A stretch of DNA of 28,278 nucleotides, taken from assembly GCA_037917625.1 (NCBI GenBank), contig JAVCBY010000074.1, positions 1-28,278 of the forward strand, in the 5' to 3' direction. The notes under the pieces are model-generated. The model did no database searches. It was not told the DNA's origin and saw only the letters and a list, made by a program, of their open reading frames with translations. The stretch comes from Thermoproteota archaeon (GTDB taxonomy: Archaea > Korarchaeota > Korarchaeia > Korarchaeales > Korarchaeaceae). A program made the translations under genes and the position numbers. Positions within the stretch are counted from its first letter, which is position 1; each line of letters begins with the position of its first letter. This document shows, one piece after another, positions 1 to 8,727 of the stretch.

Positions 1-511
1 TCTTTCATCTGATTGCTATAGTGAGGTTTCCGTAGGGTTTTCTAAGTCAAATTTTGGATGGGGGTCCTTAGGAAGGGGAGGAGTTAGAGCTCTCAGCATC
101 TCCTTAGGCGAGGAGATAGTAACTTATCTCTCAATAGATTGTAATAACATGGTACCGGAGCTCAGGAGCTTTCTAGATCTCAACTCCGTCGAGGGGACGA
201 AGCTAATAGTATCGACAACGGATACTCATGAGACTTTATCGACTAGGGTGTCATATAATCCATTAGGTCGCGAGTGCGAGGGAAAGATCGATTGTTTGAT
301 GGAAATAGCGGATCAATTGAAAAGAGTAGCGAGAGAGTCGATGGTTGAGATGAGAAAAGTTAGAGTGAGATATTATAGAGGATGCCTGAACCTACCATTA
401 ATAGGCGAGGAAAACATGCTTTCTTTAGTTTCCCTCATGGGGCTCAGTTCGATGGCAAAGGGATTGTTAGCACTCTCATTAATCCCCCAAATTTTAATAT
501 TTTTGCTATAA
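1..511 (+). CDS. DUF2070-family membrane protein, C-terminal part (5' end outside the window)
   Basis: The frame is open from base 2 (LSSDCYSEVSVGFS...GRGGVRALSI...SIDCNNMV), so ATG149 is internal. It has D.NNM and TTDTH motifs and a hydrophobic C-terminal helix, as in archaeal DUF2070 proteins. Confidence 0.7.
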   Translation, partial: LSSDCYSEVSVGFSKSNFGWGSLGRGGVRALSISLGEEIVTYLSIDCNNMVPELRSFLDLNSVEGTKLIVSTTDTHETLSTRVSYNPLGRECEGKIDCLMEIADQLKRVARESMVEMRKVRVRYYRGCLNLPLIGEENMLSLVSLMGLSSMAKGLLALSLIPQILIFLL

Positions 512-604
512 ATTTGCGATTTTGAATATAAAAATAACAGTTTATGGGGACCTTGTCCCTCTAAAGTTTTTTATTCTCGAGTCACATGAGAAGCTGAGTA
601 TTGT

Positions 605-678
605 GGGCCCGTAGCTCAGAATGGAAGAGCACCCGGCTTTTAACCGGGGGGTCGCGGGTTCAAATCCCGCCGGGCCCG
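605..678 (+). tRNA. tRNA-Lys(UUU), intronless, no encoded CCA
   Basis: Acceptor stem GGGCCCG/CGGGCCC; D-arm GCTC/GAGC; anticodon stem CCCGG/CCGGG with loop CT-TTT-AA (anticodon 639-641); T-arm GCGGG-TTCAAAT-CCCGC; discriminator G678. Confidence 0.97.
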
Positions 679-819
679 TCTTTTAAAAATACTGAGGATC
701 ATCTCAATTTCTCATGACTCAATTCTAGTCTCCTGACCTCGATCAAATTAAGCCCAGTCCGGAAGCATTCCCCACCTATTTTTAAATCCAGCGCACTTGC
801 CCAGCATGAGAGAGGACTC

Positions 820-1197
820 ATGATGGAAGATGTAAAGGTGCTCCTCAAGGAGGCATCCGATCTTAAGGCTAAGGGTAATTATATGGAATCCTTTACTATT
901 TTGAGGAGAGTACTGCAACTCTCATTCAAGCTAGTCCTATCTAGACTCGATGTAGACGCCCCTTATGATAGTACCCTATCCCTCTACCATCTAATCCCCA
1001 TCGAGCTCAGGCCCCCTATAGGGGAGAGGGAACTGGAGGATTTTGAGAGTAAGTATATGCTTTCCCTCAGCTCTGACCCTCCAGATCCTCGATCTCTAGA
1101 GGCGGGTCTCGAGATAGCGGAAAGAGTTATTCATTGGGCGGACTCCATCATAAAAAAGAAGGAATCACTCGAACCTCAGGGCTTTGGCAGGCTCTAA
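820..1197 (+). CDS. HEPN-domain protein (degenerate, stand-alone)
   Basis: 125 aa, all-helical pattern (LLKEASDLKAKGNYMESFTILRRVLQLSFKLVL ... P..STLSLY ... GLEIAERVIHWA) resembling archaeal HEPN proteins. Confidence 0.6.
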   Translation: MMEDVKVLLKEASDLKAKGNYMESFTILRRVLQLSFKLVLSRLDVDAPYDSTLSLYHLIPIELRPPIGERELEDFESKYMLSLSSDPPDPRSLEAGLEIAERVIHWADSIIKKKESLEPQGFGRL

Positions 1198-2421
1198 CTT
1201 AGCTGCCTGGCGCGCGGGTGGTATAGCTCCTATGAGCGTTATCAGGAGTGTGACTCCCGCTATCGTGAGTACGTACTCCAGCGGGAGGACTGGTGTTACA
1301 GAGAGACTTATACCACCATGTATTCCACCAGCTCTACTTGTGACCCTAAAGTTGGACGCACCGCCTCCACCTATAGCTAATGACATCAATTGAGAGAGCA
1401 AGATAGCCCCAGCATAACCAACGATAATTCCAAGTATAATGGCTATCGCGCTCATTATCACCCCTTCAAACAGGAATGAAAGCATTATTTCCCTTTGGAA
1501 TGCTCCCATTGCCCTCATAACTCCGATTATCCTGGTCCTCTCCGTGACTGTAGTGTACATAGCGTTCATTATCCCGACGGATGCTACCACTATAGTCATC
1601 ACAGCTATCGAGCCTAAGGCTATTATTGAAGTATTTATCAGTGTATCTAGAGCCCTTTGAAGATCCCTCATCGCTATAGGGTATGCGGAGTCTCCATATT
1701 CATCCCTTAACTCGCTAACAACCTGATCTATTCTATTCACATCATCAACTATCACAACGAGAGTCGGGTAGTCCTTCCTGTTGTAGAACCTTTGATACAC
1801 ATTCATAGCGTAATCTAAGGGGATAAGTATGGAGTTATCGACATCCGTCATTATTGAAGTGCCATACGGCGCTAGCACTCCATAAATAGTCCCTTTTATG
1901 CTTCCCTGGCCGATGGATCTGCCGATGGAGATCCTAACGCCTAATCCAATTAGATCTCTAGCTTCTTCGACAGAAATCTGACTTAATATGTTATTCCCTA
2001 TTATCACAGCCTGCTCAGCTTGATTCGATGGCCAATCTCCGAATTGGAGCTTTAGATCCGGGAAGAGCTCCTCCACATAGTTAACATCGAATCCAACGAT
2101 ACTAGCTCTGATATTCTGCCCCATGACATTAAATTCGCCGAATATCCTTATCATAGGGATTACAGTTTCCACTCCATCCATCGTGCTTATCTTAGCTAAA
2201 TCCGACTCCGTGAACGAGGTCTCCCTGGGAATGAGATAGATGACTTTCAAGCTCCCTCCTTTTATTATCCTCTGTATAGCGACCCCATAGCCAGCGGCAT
2301 AAGATACCACTGCAGTTAGAGTCAATACTCCGAGGAAAATGCCGAGGAGAGTGAGGTAGGTCCTCCTCTTTCTGCTCCTCATAGCCTTAAATGAGAACTT
2401 AAGTATATCAAGGAGCCTCAA
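1165..2421 (-). CDS. MacB/FtsX-family ABC transporter permease
   Basis: N-terminal RTYLTLLGI TM helix, an extracytoplasmic domain, GIMNAMYTTVTERTRIIGVMRAMGA and C-terminal PARQAAKLEPAKALRFE. Start moved from 2481 to TTG2421 (MRLLDILKF), downstream of a GGAGGTG SD; TTG2430 is the alternative. Confidence 0.92.
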   Translation of the reverse strand: MRLLDILKFSFKAMRSRKRRTYLTLLGIFLGVLTLTAVVSYAAGYGVAIQRIIKGGSLKVIYLIPRETSFTESDLAKISTMDGVETVIPMIRIFGEFNVMGQNIRASIVGFDVNYVEELFPDLKLQFGDWPSNQAEQAVIIGNNILSQISVEEARDLIGLGVRISIGRSIGQGSIKGTIYGVLAPYGTSIMTDVDNSILIPLDYAMNVYQRFYNRKDYPTLVVIVDDVNRIDQVVSELRDEYGDSAYPIAMRDLQRALDTLINTSIIALGSIAVMTIVVASVGIMNAMYTTVTERTRIIGVMRAMGAFQREIMLSFLFEGVIMSAIAIILGIIVGYAGAILLSQLMSLAIGGGGASNFRVTSRAGGIHGGISLSVTPVLPLEYVLTIAGVTLLITLIGAIPPARQAAKLEPAKALRFE

Positions 2422-4039
2422 TCTGATCAAGCACCTCCTCGCGCTTCCTCTTGAATAGGAATCTCCCGATAACCAGCCCAACCACTAGACCAGCTGCGAG
2501 CCAAACTGCCCAATAAGTTATGTTAGCCGTTGGGCTGACCCTCGCTGCGCTCATGTTTCCGAACGTTCTACCGGTCAAATCGCCCGTCAGATTCCCTATA
2601 CTCCCGGAGATAGAGACTTCCATCTTCGTCTCCTTCCAGTTTCCAGGGGAGGATAGATAACCGACGGAGATACCTAATGTTCTCGTTACCCTCCCTGTCT
2701 CACATGAGAGGGTGAAACCCGTGCTCTCTCCACTCTTCAGATCCCCTATATATGTTGAAGTACCCGCACAGGCCCCGGAGTATATCGTTACGTTAACGTA
2801 CTTCGCATCCCTCTCACCGACGTTCGCTATGTTACCGAAGACCCTCAGCCTCCCCGAACTATAGGTAGCGCTAGCACTTGAAATTACTACTTTAGCTTCT
2901 TGAACCCTCTCCAGTCCTATCTGAGCGCTAGTCTGCTTCTCGACATCCAAGCCATTCTCGAACTCCCTATAAGTGAACTGCAACAAGATTTGATATGAGG
3001 GGTAATCCTCGAGCGGGAGTACCCTAAGCGTGATATTCCTCTTCTCCTCAGGCATGATATCCCCGAGATCGAAGAGATTAGCTCCAATTATCGATACCGT
3101 TTGTGAGGATATCTGAACTCTCGTCTTCCTAGCGGTCTCATCCCCTGAATTCTCGATGGTTATCACTATGTTCTTAGGCACTCCGCCATAGGCGGAGCTC
3201 TCGTTAGAGAAGGCTATGAGGCTTGGTTTATTCTCAGTAGCTTCTGTCTTGAATATAGGGACTGTGAATACTTCTGATATCGAATAATACCTTCCTCCGC
3301 TCTTATATTGTATGGTGACAGCTACCCTATCGTACTTTCTCCCCGTTCCCCTCTCCACGAAGGTCCCCACTTGGAAGACCGTAGAGGTGTTCGGAGATAG
3401 GATCGCTTGATTCCCCACGTTAGGATTCAGCAACCTTATGAAGGACGAGCTAAGAACTATTGAGGATATCTGGACGTCCTCAGTGCCTCCATTTACAACT
3501 TTGAGCGTTAGAACTGAGGTATCCCCCTCTATAGCGCTACCTTTCAGGTAAACATAAACGGGAGAGGCCGATCTCACCTCAAGGTTGAAGGTGAAGAGAT
3601 CATAGTTGCTATCGACTCGATAGTTCTCGGAATCGAAGATCCTATAGCTCACGTTTAGGTTGAACTCGTAAAGACCCGGTGGAGCCGTTGATGGAACCTC
3701 TAGTGGGAACATAAGCTGAAATGATTCCCCATCAGTGAACTTAGTCTTCGATATTTGAAGGGATGGTGAAATTCTAACTACCTTCCCACCATTCGGGCTC
3801 CTAAGGTTTTCCGGGATCTCCAGACTGGCTTCAAAGGGGCTCAAAGTGTAATCTTTCGCTACATATGCCCTCAAAGTGACCGTTATATAAACTAGGCCGT
3901 CACCAGCATAGACTATGGCTGGCTGATCCCTCGTTCCCCACCTATAATCGACTAGAGTTAATCCCCAGAGCTTGGCTTCCCCATAAAACAAGGGGAGCAT
4001 GAGAAGGAATAAGAGGAGTAATATCTTAGGCTTCGACAT
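2408..4039 (-). CDS. COG1361-like S-layer/CARDB-domain surface protein, ABC exporter accessory
   Basis: Signal peptide, repeated Ig-like units (V.N.G.E.A..V.V ... .GDL..GE) and a C-terminal TM anchor followed by KRKR. Sits between the ATPase and permease genes; SD GAGGAGGTG 7 nt before the ATG. Confidence 0.8.
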   Translation of the reverse strand: MSKPKILLLLFLLMLPLFYGEAKLWGLTLVDYRWGTRDQPAIVYAGDGLVYITVTLRAYVAKDYTLSPFEASLEIPENLRSPNGGKVVRISPSLQISKTKFTDGESFQLMFPLEVPSTAPPGLYEFNLNVSYRIFDSENYRVDSNYDLFTFNLEVRSASPVYVYLKGSAIEGDTSVLTLKVVNGGTEDVQISSIVLSSSFIRLLNPNVGNQAILSPNTSTVFQVGTFVERGTGRKYDRVAVTIQYKSGGRYYSISEVFTVPIFKTEATENKPSLIAFSNESSAYGGVPKNIVITIENSGDETARKTRVQISSQTVSIIGANLFDLGDIMPEEKRNITLRVLPLEDYPSYQILLQFTYREFENGLDVEKQTSAQIGLERVQEAKVVISSASATYSSGRLRVFGNIANVGERDAKYVNVTIYSGACAGTSTYIGDLKSGESTGFTLSCETGRVTRTLGISVGYLSSPGNWKETKMEVSISGSIGNLTGDLTGRTFGNMSAARVSPTANITYWAVWLAAGLVVGLVIGRFLFKRKREEVLDQIEAP

Positions 4040-4733
4040 GGGATATCACCTCCTCACCTACTATGATACCATCCCTTATCCTAGCTATCCTATCACACAT
4101 CTGAGCCATCGCCTGATTGTGCGTGACCATGACAACTGTCCTTCCCTCCCTCACTAACTCTCTCAATATCTCCATGACTTGCAGGCCCGATGCTGAGTCC
4201 AAATTTCCAGTAGGCTCATCCGCTAATATTATAGAGGGATTGTTGGCAAGGGCTCTAGCTATTGCGACCCTCTGCTGCTCTCCTCCTGAGAGTTCAGAGG
4301 GCTTATGATTCTCTCTGCCCCTCAGTCCGACGCTATCGAGGAGTTCCATGATCCTCCTCTTTCTGTTCCCATTATATTCGCCTACAGCTAAAGCCAGCTC
4401 GATATTTTCAGCTGCTGTGAGCCAGGGCACTAAATTGAACGTTTGAAAAATGAAACCTATAGTTTTCCTCCTCATTAAGGTAATCTGTTTATCGTTGAGT
4501 GTTGCGAGATCTCTACCCATTATCCTCACGCTTCCAGAGGTAGGCCTCGTCAGGAGGCCCATTATGCTAAGGAGGGTCGTTTTTCCGCTACCTGAGGGAC
4601 CCATTATCGCTAAAAACTCGCCCTTTCTTACATCGAGATTTATCCCCCTAAGAGCCTCTACATAATTCCCTTTTGTCCCATAAACCTTTCTAACGTTCCT
4701 GAGCTCGTAGACATGCTCTGCAGCCATATGCAT
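4026..4733 (-). CDS. LolD/SalX-type ABC transporter ATP-binding protein
   Basis: Walker A GPSGSGKT, signature LSGGEQQR, Walker [13 protein letters not shown] and VTH switch. The start may be ATG4727. Confidence 0.95.
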   Translation of the reverse strand: MHMAAEHVYELRNVRKVYGTKGNYVEALRGINLDVRKGEFLAIMGPSGSGKTTLLSIMGLLTRPTSGSVRIMGRDLATLNDKQITLMRRKTIGFIFQTFNLVPWLTAAENIELALAVGEYNGNRKRRIMELLDSVGLRGRENHKPSELSGGEQQRVAIARALANNPSIILADEPTGNLDSASGLQVMEILRELVREGRTVVMVTHNQAMAQMCDRIARIRDGIIVGEEVISHVEA

Positions 4734-4831
4734 CCGAGCATCTAAGAAGTATTTTATTAATAAACTTTGCTAAGTTACTTATTAAAAGCCATGTCAACAT
4801 TATGTGAATGTTTTATATTTAACTCCTTATA

Positions 4832-5209
4832 TTACAAATTTTTTATAATTTTTAAGAAAATATTTACGAGATTTGCAAATTCGTCCCCCATAAGTTTTTC
4901 TATTTCATTAATGAACTTCTCCTCTAGGGCCTCCTTATCCAGCCCGTATCTGTCCTCGATCATGCTTAAGTTGTAAGCGAATATCTTAACTACCCTCTCA
5001 TCCTCATCACTCATAGGTCTCGATAGCAGGGCATTCCTCAATACCTCAAAGCTTTCAAGAAAAGGCCCACTATCAGAGAGATCTAACTCAATTGCATAAC
5101 TTTCAGCAATTAAATCTATTAGTGATGAAATTTTTTCACTTGATAGGTAGTCCTCAGCTAGAGAAAGTGTCCTTATAGCCTCAGAGAGTGCTAACACAAC
5201 GACGCTCAT
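4832..5209 (-). CDS. Hypothetical acidic helical protein (125 aa)
   Basis: ATG-started ORF with protein-like composition and a TATA-like element about 25 nt upstream (5232-5239). No family recognised. Confidence 0.7.
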   Translation of the reverse strand: MSVVVLALSEAIRTLSLAEDYLSSEKISSLIDLIAESYAIELDLSDSGPFLESFEVLRNALLSRPMSDEDERVVKIFAYNLSMIEDRYGLDKEALEEKFINEIEKLMGDEFANLVNIFLKIIKNL

Positions 5210-5273
5210 CGGAATATTGCTACGCAGCTACTTTATAATCTCACCAATCGTCTCCGAGCCGAAGGGGTCGTCA

Positions 5274-6560
5274 ATGGTATCCATACCGAGGGGCTTCAGG
5301 GACTTCCCTCCGCCGATGATGATACTCAGGAAGAGGATCTTGAGCAAAATAGAGGAGATATTCAGAAGGTATGGCTTCGATCCAATGGAGACACCCTCCC
5401 TAGAGTACTGGGAGACAGTTAAAGGGAAGCTTGGGGAGGAAGCTGAGAACAAGCTCATGTTCATCTTCCCCGATTTCTTCAGTAAGGAGTGGTACACACT
5501 GAGGTATGAGCTAACCTTCCCTTTAGCTAGATATGTTGCTATGCACCCTGAGACGCCTCTCCCGTTCAAGAGGTATCATATCGGGAACGTCTGGAGGCAT
5601 GAGGAACCTCAAAAGGGTAGATATAGGGAATTCCTACAATGCGATGCTGATATAGTCGGTAGCCCATACCCGGAAGCGGATGCTGAGGTTATATCAGTTA
5701 ATATAGATGCCATGAAGTCATTCAACTTTGAGAACTTCAGAGTCAGGCTCAACGATAGGAGGCTCTTAACTGGAGTTTTTGAGGAGGAGCTCGGGATAAA
5801 CAATCCTTTCCCGATATATAGAGCCATAGATAAGCTCGATAAGATAGGAGTAGATGGAGTGAGGGGAGAGCTCACTAGATTAGGGGCTCATGAATCCCTA
5901 ATAGATAGAATCATGGAACTTATCTCGATGAGGGGTAGCTTCGGTGAGGTATCTCAGACATTCAGGAGGATAGAGAATGATAAAGTAAAGGCAGCTCTCG
6001 ATCATCTAGAGGAGATATTCTCCATAGTTTCGGATGATAGGCTCATCTTCGATCTCTCATTAGTGAGGGGCCTCGATTATTATACGGGCCCCGTCTTTGA
6101 GACTAGCGTCAGCGAACCTAGGATAGGCTCATTAGCCGGAGGAGGGAGATACGATAGGCTGATAGGTCTCTACTCTGGAAAGGATGTTCCAGCGACTGGC
6201 GTGAGCTTGGGCGTGGAGAGGTTAATAGACGCCGGTCTGGAGTTAGGTATCTTCGATTTGAGTGAGAGGAGCTACACGGATGTATTCATTGTGAGCATTA
6301 GGAGGGAGAACTGGAGGTATGCTTGGCGTATCTCTAGGATCCTCAGGGAGGGGGGCTTCAGTACATCGCTGGATTTGATGAGGAGGAGTCAGACAGCTCA
6401 GAGGGAGTACGCTAATAAGATAGGGGCTAAGGTCATCGCATTCGTGGGGCCATCCGAGGAGGAAACTGAGACAGTCACGCTATACTCCAAGGATCTCAGG
6501 AAAACTGTCAAAATCTCAGAACTGATAGATTCCGTGAGGGAGTTTCTCTTCGGATCTTGA
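5274..6560 (+). CDS. hisS: Histidyl-tRNA synthetase
   Basis: PRGFRDF, LRYELT, motif 2 WRHEEPQKGRYREFLQCDADI, LVRGLDYYTG, GGGRYD, GVSLGVERL and an anticodon-binding C-terminal domain. Start moved from 5217 to ATG5274 (MVSIPRG). Confidence 0.98.
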   Translation: MVSIPRGFRDFPPPMMILRKRILSKIEEIFRRYGFDPMETPSLEYWETVKGKLGEEAENKLMFIFPDFFSKEWYTLRYELTFPLARYVAMHPETPLPFKRYHIGNVWRHEEPQKGRYREFLQCDADIVGSPYPEADAEVISVNIDAMKSFNFENFRVRLNDRRLLTGVFEEELGINNPFPIYRAIDKLDKIGVDGVRGELTRLGAHESLIDRIMELISMRGSFGEVSQTFRRIENDKVKAALDHLEEIFSIVSDDRLIFDLSLVRGLDYYTGPVFETSVSEPRIGSLAGGGRYDRLIGLYSGKDVPATGVSLGVERLIDAGLELGIFDLSERSYTDVFIVSIRRENWRYAWRISRILREGGFSTSLDLMRRSQTAQREYANKIGAKVIAFVGPSEEETETVTLYSKDLRKTVKISELIDSVREFLFGS

Positions 6561-7188
6561 TCCTGTAATCTACATCTATCTTCACGAAACCCTCCAACTC
6601 GTCCAGGGAGTTCAGGAAATTTGGGAAATTCCTTAAACTCACGATAGCTACACCCTCTTTAGATCTAACAACTCCCGTATCGAGCCAAGAGACTATAAAT
6701 GGGATTATTTGAGATTTTCCGCTCTCCTTAATTAAGCCATTTATTGATCCAGATCTCATAGCCTCATCGAAAGCTTTAGCTTTCCTCAGGTGGTCCCTAG
6801 CTGCGGGTTCTATTTTCCCAGATCTCCCCCTCATGGACCACATCTTACAATCTATCAGTAGGATAAGCTTCTCGCCTATACCGAGGACGTCTATCTCATA
6901 TCTTCTATCATCCTTGAATCTTAATCCTCTAATAGCCTCCATTCCATGTATTTGAAGGCCTCTCATGCAGAAAGCCTCGAAGTCCTTCCAGCTCAATAGA
7001 GAAATAGCTCTCTCCGGGGAAACTCCTATCTTTAAGAGACAAAAGGCAACTCCTATTGGATCTCTCTCGGGCTCTGTTCCTAACTCATCCTCTAAATATT
7101 CTAAGAGTTTCGGGTCAACACTTTTCCAATCTCCTAAGATCATCAAGTGGAGCTGCCTCTCAGCGAGCTCCTTGAGTATTGAGAGCAT
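6508..7188 (-). CDS. PD-(D/E)xK nuclease, Mrr/NERD/restriction-endonuclease-like
   Basis: LSWKDFEAFC...G ... EIDVLG ... LLIDCKMW matches the Mrr-type E...D...(D/E/Q)xK catalytic pattern. Confidence 0.78.
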   Translation of the reverse strand: MLSILKELAERQLHLMILGDWKSVDPKLLEYLEDELGTEPERDPIGVAFCLLKIGVSPERAISLLSWKDFEAFCMRGLQIHGMEAIRGLRFKDDRRYEIDVLGIGEKLILLIDCKMWSMRGRSGKIEPAARDHLRKAKAFDEAMRSGSINGLIKESGKSQIIPFIVSWLDTGVVRSKEGVAIVSLRNFPNFLNSLDELEGFVKIDVDYRIKIRRETPSRNLSVLRF

Positions 7189-7287
7189 TAAGATGAGTAG
7201 CTAAGAGCTCATTTAAAAGCTCTTGCGATCGGTAATCTCTCATCGAGGAGATTCAAGCTTAGGAAGCCACTGCAGATACCATTGCTA

Positions 7288-7301
7288 GGAAAGTTTTTAA
7301 A
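7288..7301 (+). promoter_or_regulatory. BRE/TATA promoter for the trpB2 leader transcript
   Basis: Purine-rich GGAAAG directly followed by TTTTTAAA (7294-7301). The expected start is about 7323-7328, just before the SD at 7329. Confidence 0.65.
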
Positions 7302-7340
7302 GATGAAATTGGATTTCCCCTCACTACTGGAGGTGCGAGC

Positions 7341-7364
7341 ATGGGGGATTTAGTTTGGCTCTGA
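7341..7364 (+). CDS. Putative Trp-containing leader peptide MGDLVWL (uORF of trpB2)
   Basis: ATG GGG GAT TTA GTT TGG CTC TGA, preceded by a perfect SD GGAGGTG (7329-7335) at 5-nt spacing, the same spacing as argF, arcC, livH and korB in this window. Confidence 0.65.
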   Translation: MGDLVWL

Positions 7365-7442
7365 GTTCTATTTCGCTCCCATGATCCTAGCCCATATCGT
7401 ATCCGATTCCATGAGCTCTTCTAATCTCGGAGGTGATCCTAA

Positions 7443-8726
7443 GTGCTGAGAGTCGATCTTAGGAAAGAGGACTTACCGAAGTATTGGTACAATATAGTCT
7501 CTGACCTCCCTGACCTACCCCCTCCCATACACCCGGCTACGAAGGAGCCTCTCGGGCCCAAGGACTTCTACCCGCTTTTCCCTAAAGAGTGTGTAGATCA
7601 GGAGTTCTCCAAGGAGAGATATATAGCTATACCTGAGGAGCTAAGGGAATTCTACCTCAGAATAGGGAGACCTACTCCTCTCTACAGAGCTAAGAGGCTC
7701 GAAGAATATTTGGGGACTCCCGCTAAGATATACTATAAGAGGGAGGATGTATCACCGACGGGAAGCCACAAGCTGAACACAGCGTTAGCTCAGGCCTTCT
7801 ATGCTGCAAAGGAGGGACTGGAATACCTGACGACTGAGACTGGAGCTGGGCAGTGGGGCAGCGCCTTATCGTATGCTACGATGATGATGGGGATAAGAGC
7901 TCTCGTCTTCATGGTCAGGATATCCTATCTTCAGAAGCCTTACAGGAAGCTCGTCATGAAGCTCTACGGCGCTGAGGTAGTGCCCTCCCCGAGCGATAGG
8001 ACCGAGGTCGGGAGGAAGTACCTGGAGAGAGATCCTGAGCACCCTGGATCATTGGGAATAGCGATAAGTGAGGCTATAGAGGCAGCTATGAAGGATGATA
8101 AGGCTAAATATTCCCTAGGAAGTGTCCTTAATCATGTACTCCTCCATCAGACGATAATAGGATTGGAAGCCAAGAAACAGTTCGAGGTCATAGGGGAGAA
8201 GCCCGATGTCTTGATAGGGTGTGTCGGTGGAGGAAGTAACTTCGCGGGCTTCACTTTCCCATTCTTAGAGGAAGCCCTGAGGGGGAAGGAGAGTTATGAT
8301 GTAGTGGCTGTAGAACCATCAGCAGTCCCCTCACTGACTGATGGAGAATATAGGTATGATTTCGGTGATGCAGCTGGTATAACGCCCCTATTGATGATGT
8401 ACACGTTGGGTCATGATTTCGTACCGCCTCCTATTCACGCCGGCGGTTTGAGGTATCACGGCGCTGCGCCTACGGTGAGCTTACTGAAGAACAGGGGCTT
8501 AATAAGATCAGTTAAATACACGCAGGAGGATGTATTCGAAGCGGGCAGGATCTTCGCGAGGACGGAGGGAATAATTCCAGCGCCTGAGACGAATCACGCG
8601 ATAAAAGCAGCAATAGATGGGGCTTTGAAGGCTAAAAAAGATGGTGAGAAGAGAATAATTGCCTTTAACTTCTCCGGGCACGGATTGTTGGATTTAAAGG
8701 GTTATGAGGACGTTTTAAAAATTTAA
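7443..8726 (+). CDS. trpB2: Tryptophan synthase beta chain 2 (TrpB2, PLP-dependent)
   Basis: P..WYNI..DLP N-terminus, SPTGSHKLN (PLP lysine), [35 protein letters not shown] and [11 protein letters not shown] start with SD GGAGGTGA. Confidence 0.96.
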   Translation: MLRVDLRKEDLPKYWYNIVSDLPDLPPPIHPATKEPLGPKDFYPLFPKECVDQEFSKERYIAIPEELREFYLRIGRPTPLYRAKRLEEYLGTPAKIYYKREDVSPTGSHKLNTALAQAFYAAKEGLEYLTTETGAGQWGSALSYATMMMGIRALVFMVRISYLQKPYRKLVMKLYGAEVVPSPSDRTEVGRKYLERDPEHPGSLGIAISEAIEAAMKDDKAKYSLGSVLNHVLLHQTIIGLEAKKQFEVIGEKPDVLIGCVGGGSNFAGFTFPFLEEALRGKESYDVVAVEPSAVPSLTDGEYRYDFGDAAGITPLLMMYTLGHDFVPPPIHAGGLRYHGAAPTVSLLKNRGLIRSVKYTQEDVFEAGRIFARTEGIIPAPETNHAIKAAIDGALKAKKDGEKRIIAFNFSGHGLLDLKGYEDVLKI

Positions 8727-8727
8727 A

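Noticed and set aside
547-559. Hairpin GGGAC-CTT-GTCCC upstream of the tRNA-Lys promoter
   Set aside because: A 5-bp stem is too short to distinguish from chance, and the following T-run is better explained as the tRNA TATA box.
605-1197. Possible integrated element at tRNA-Lys
   Set aside because: No integrase and no duplicated tRNA 3' end (att site) in the window. The similarity to 27577-27590 is just the T-arm shared by two tRNAs.
4767-4976. 69-aa plus-strand ORF in the AT-rich tract
   Set aside because: It overlaps the better minus-strand ORF and has low-complexity F/I/K composition typical of AT-rich non-coding frames.
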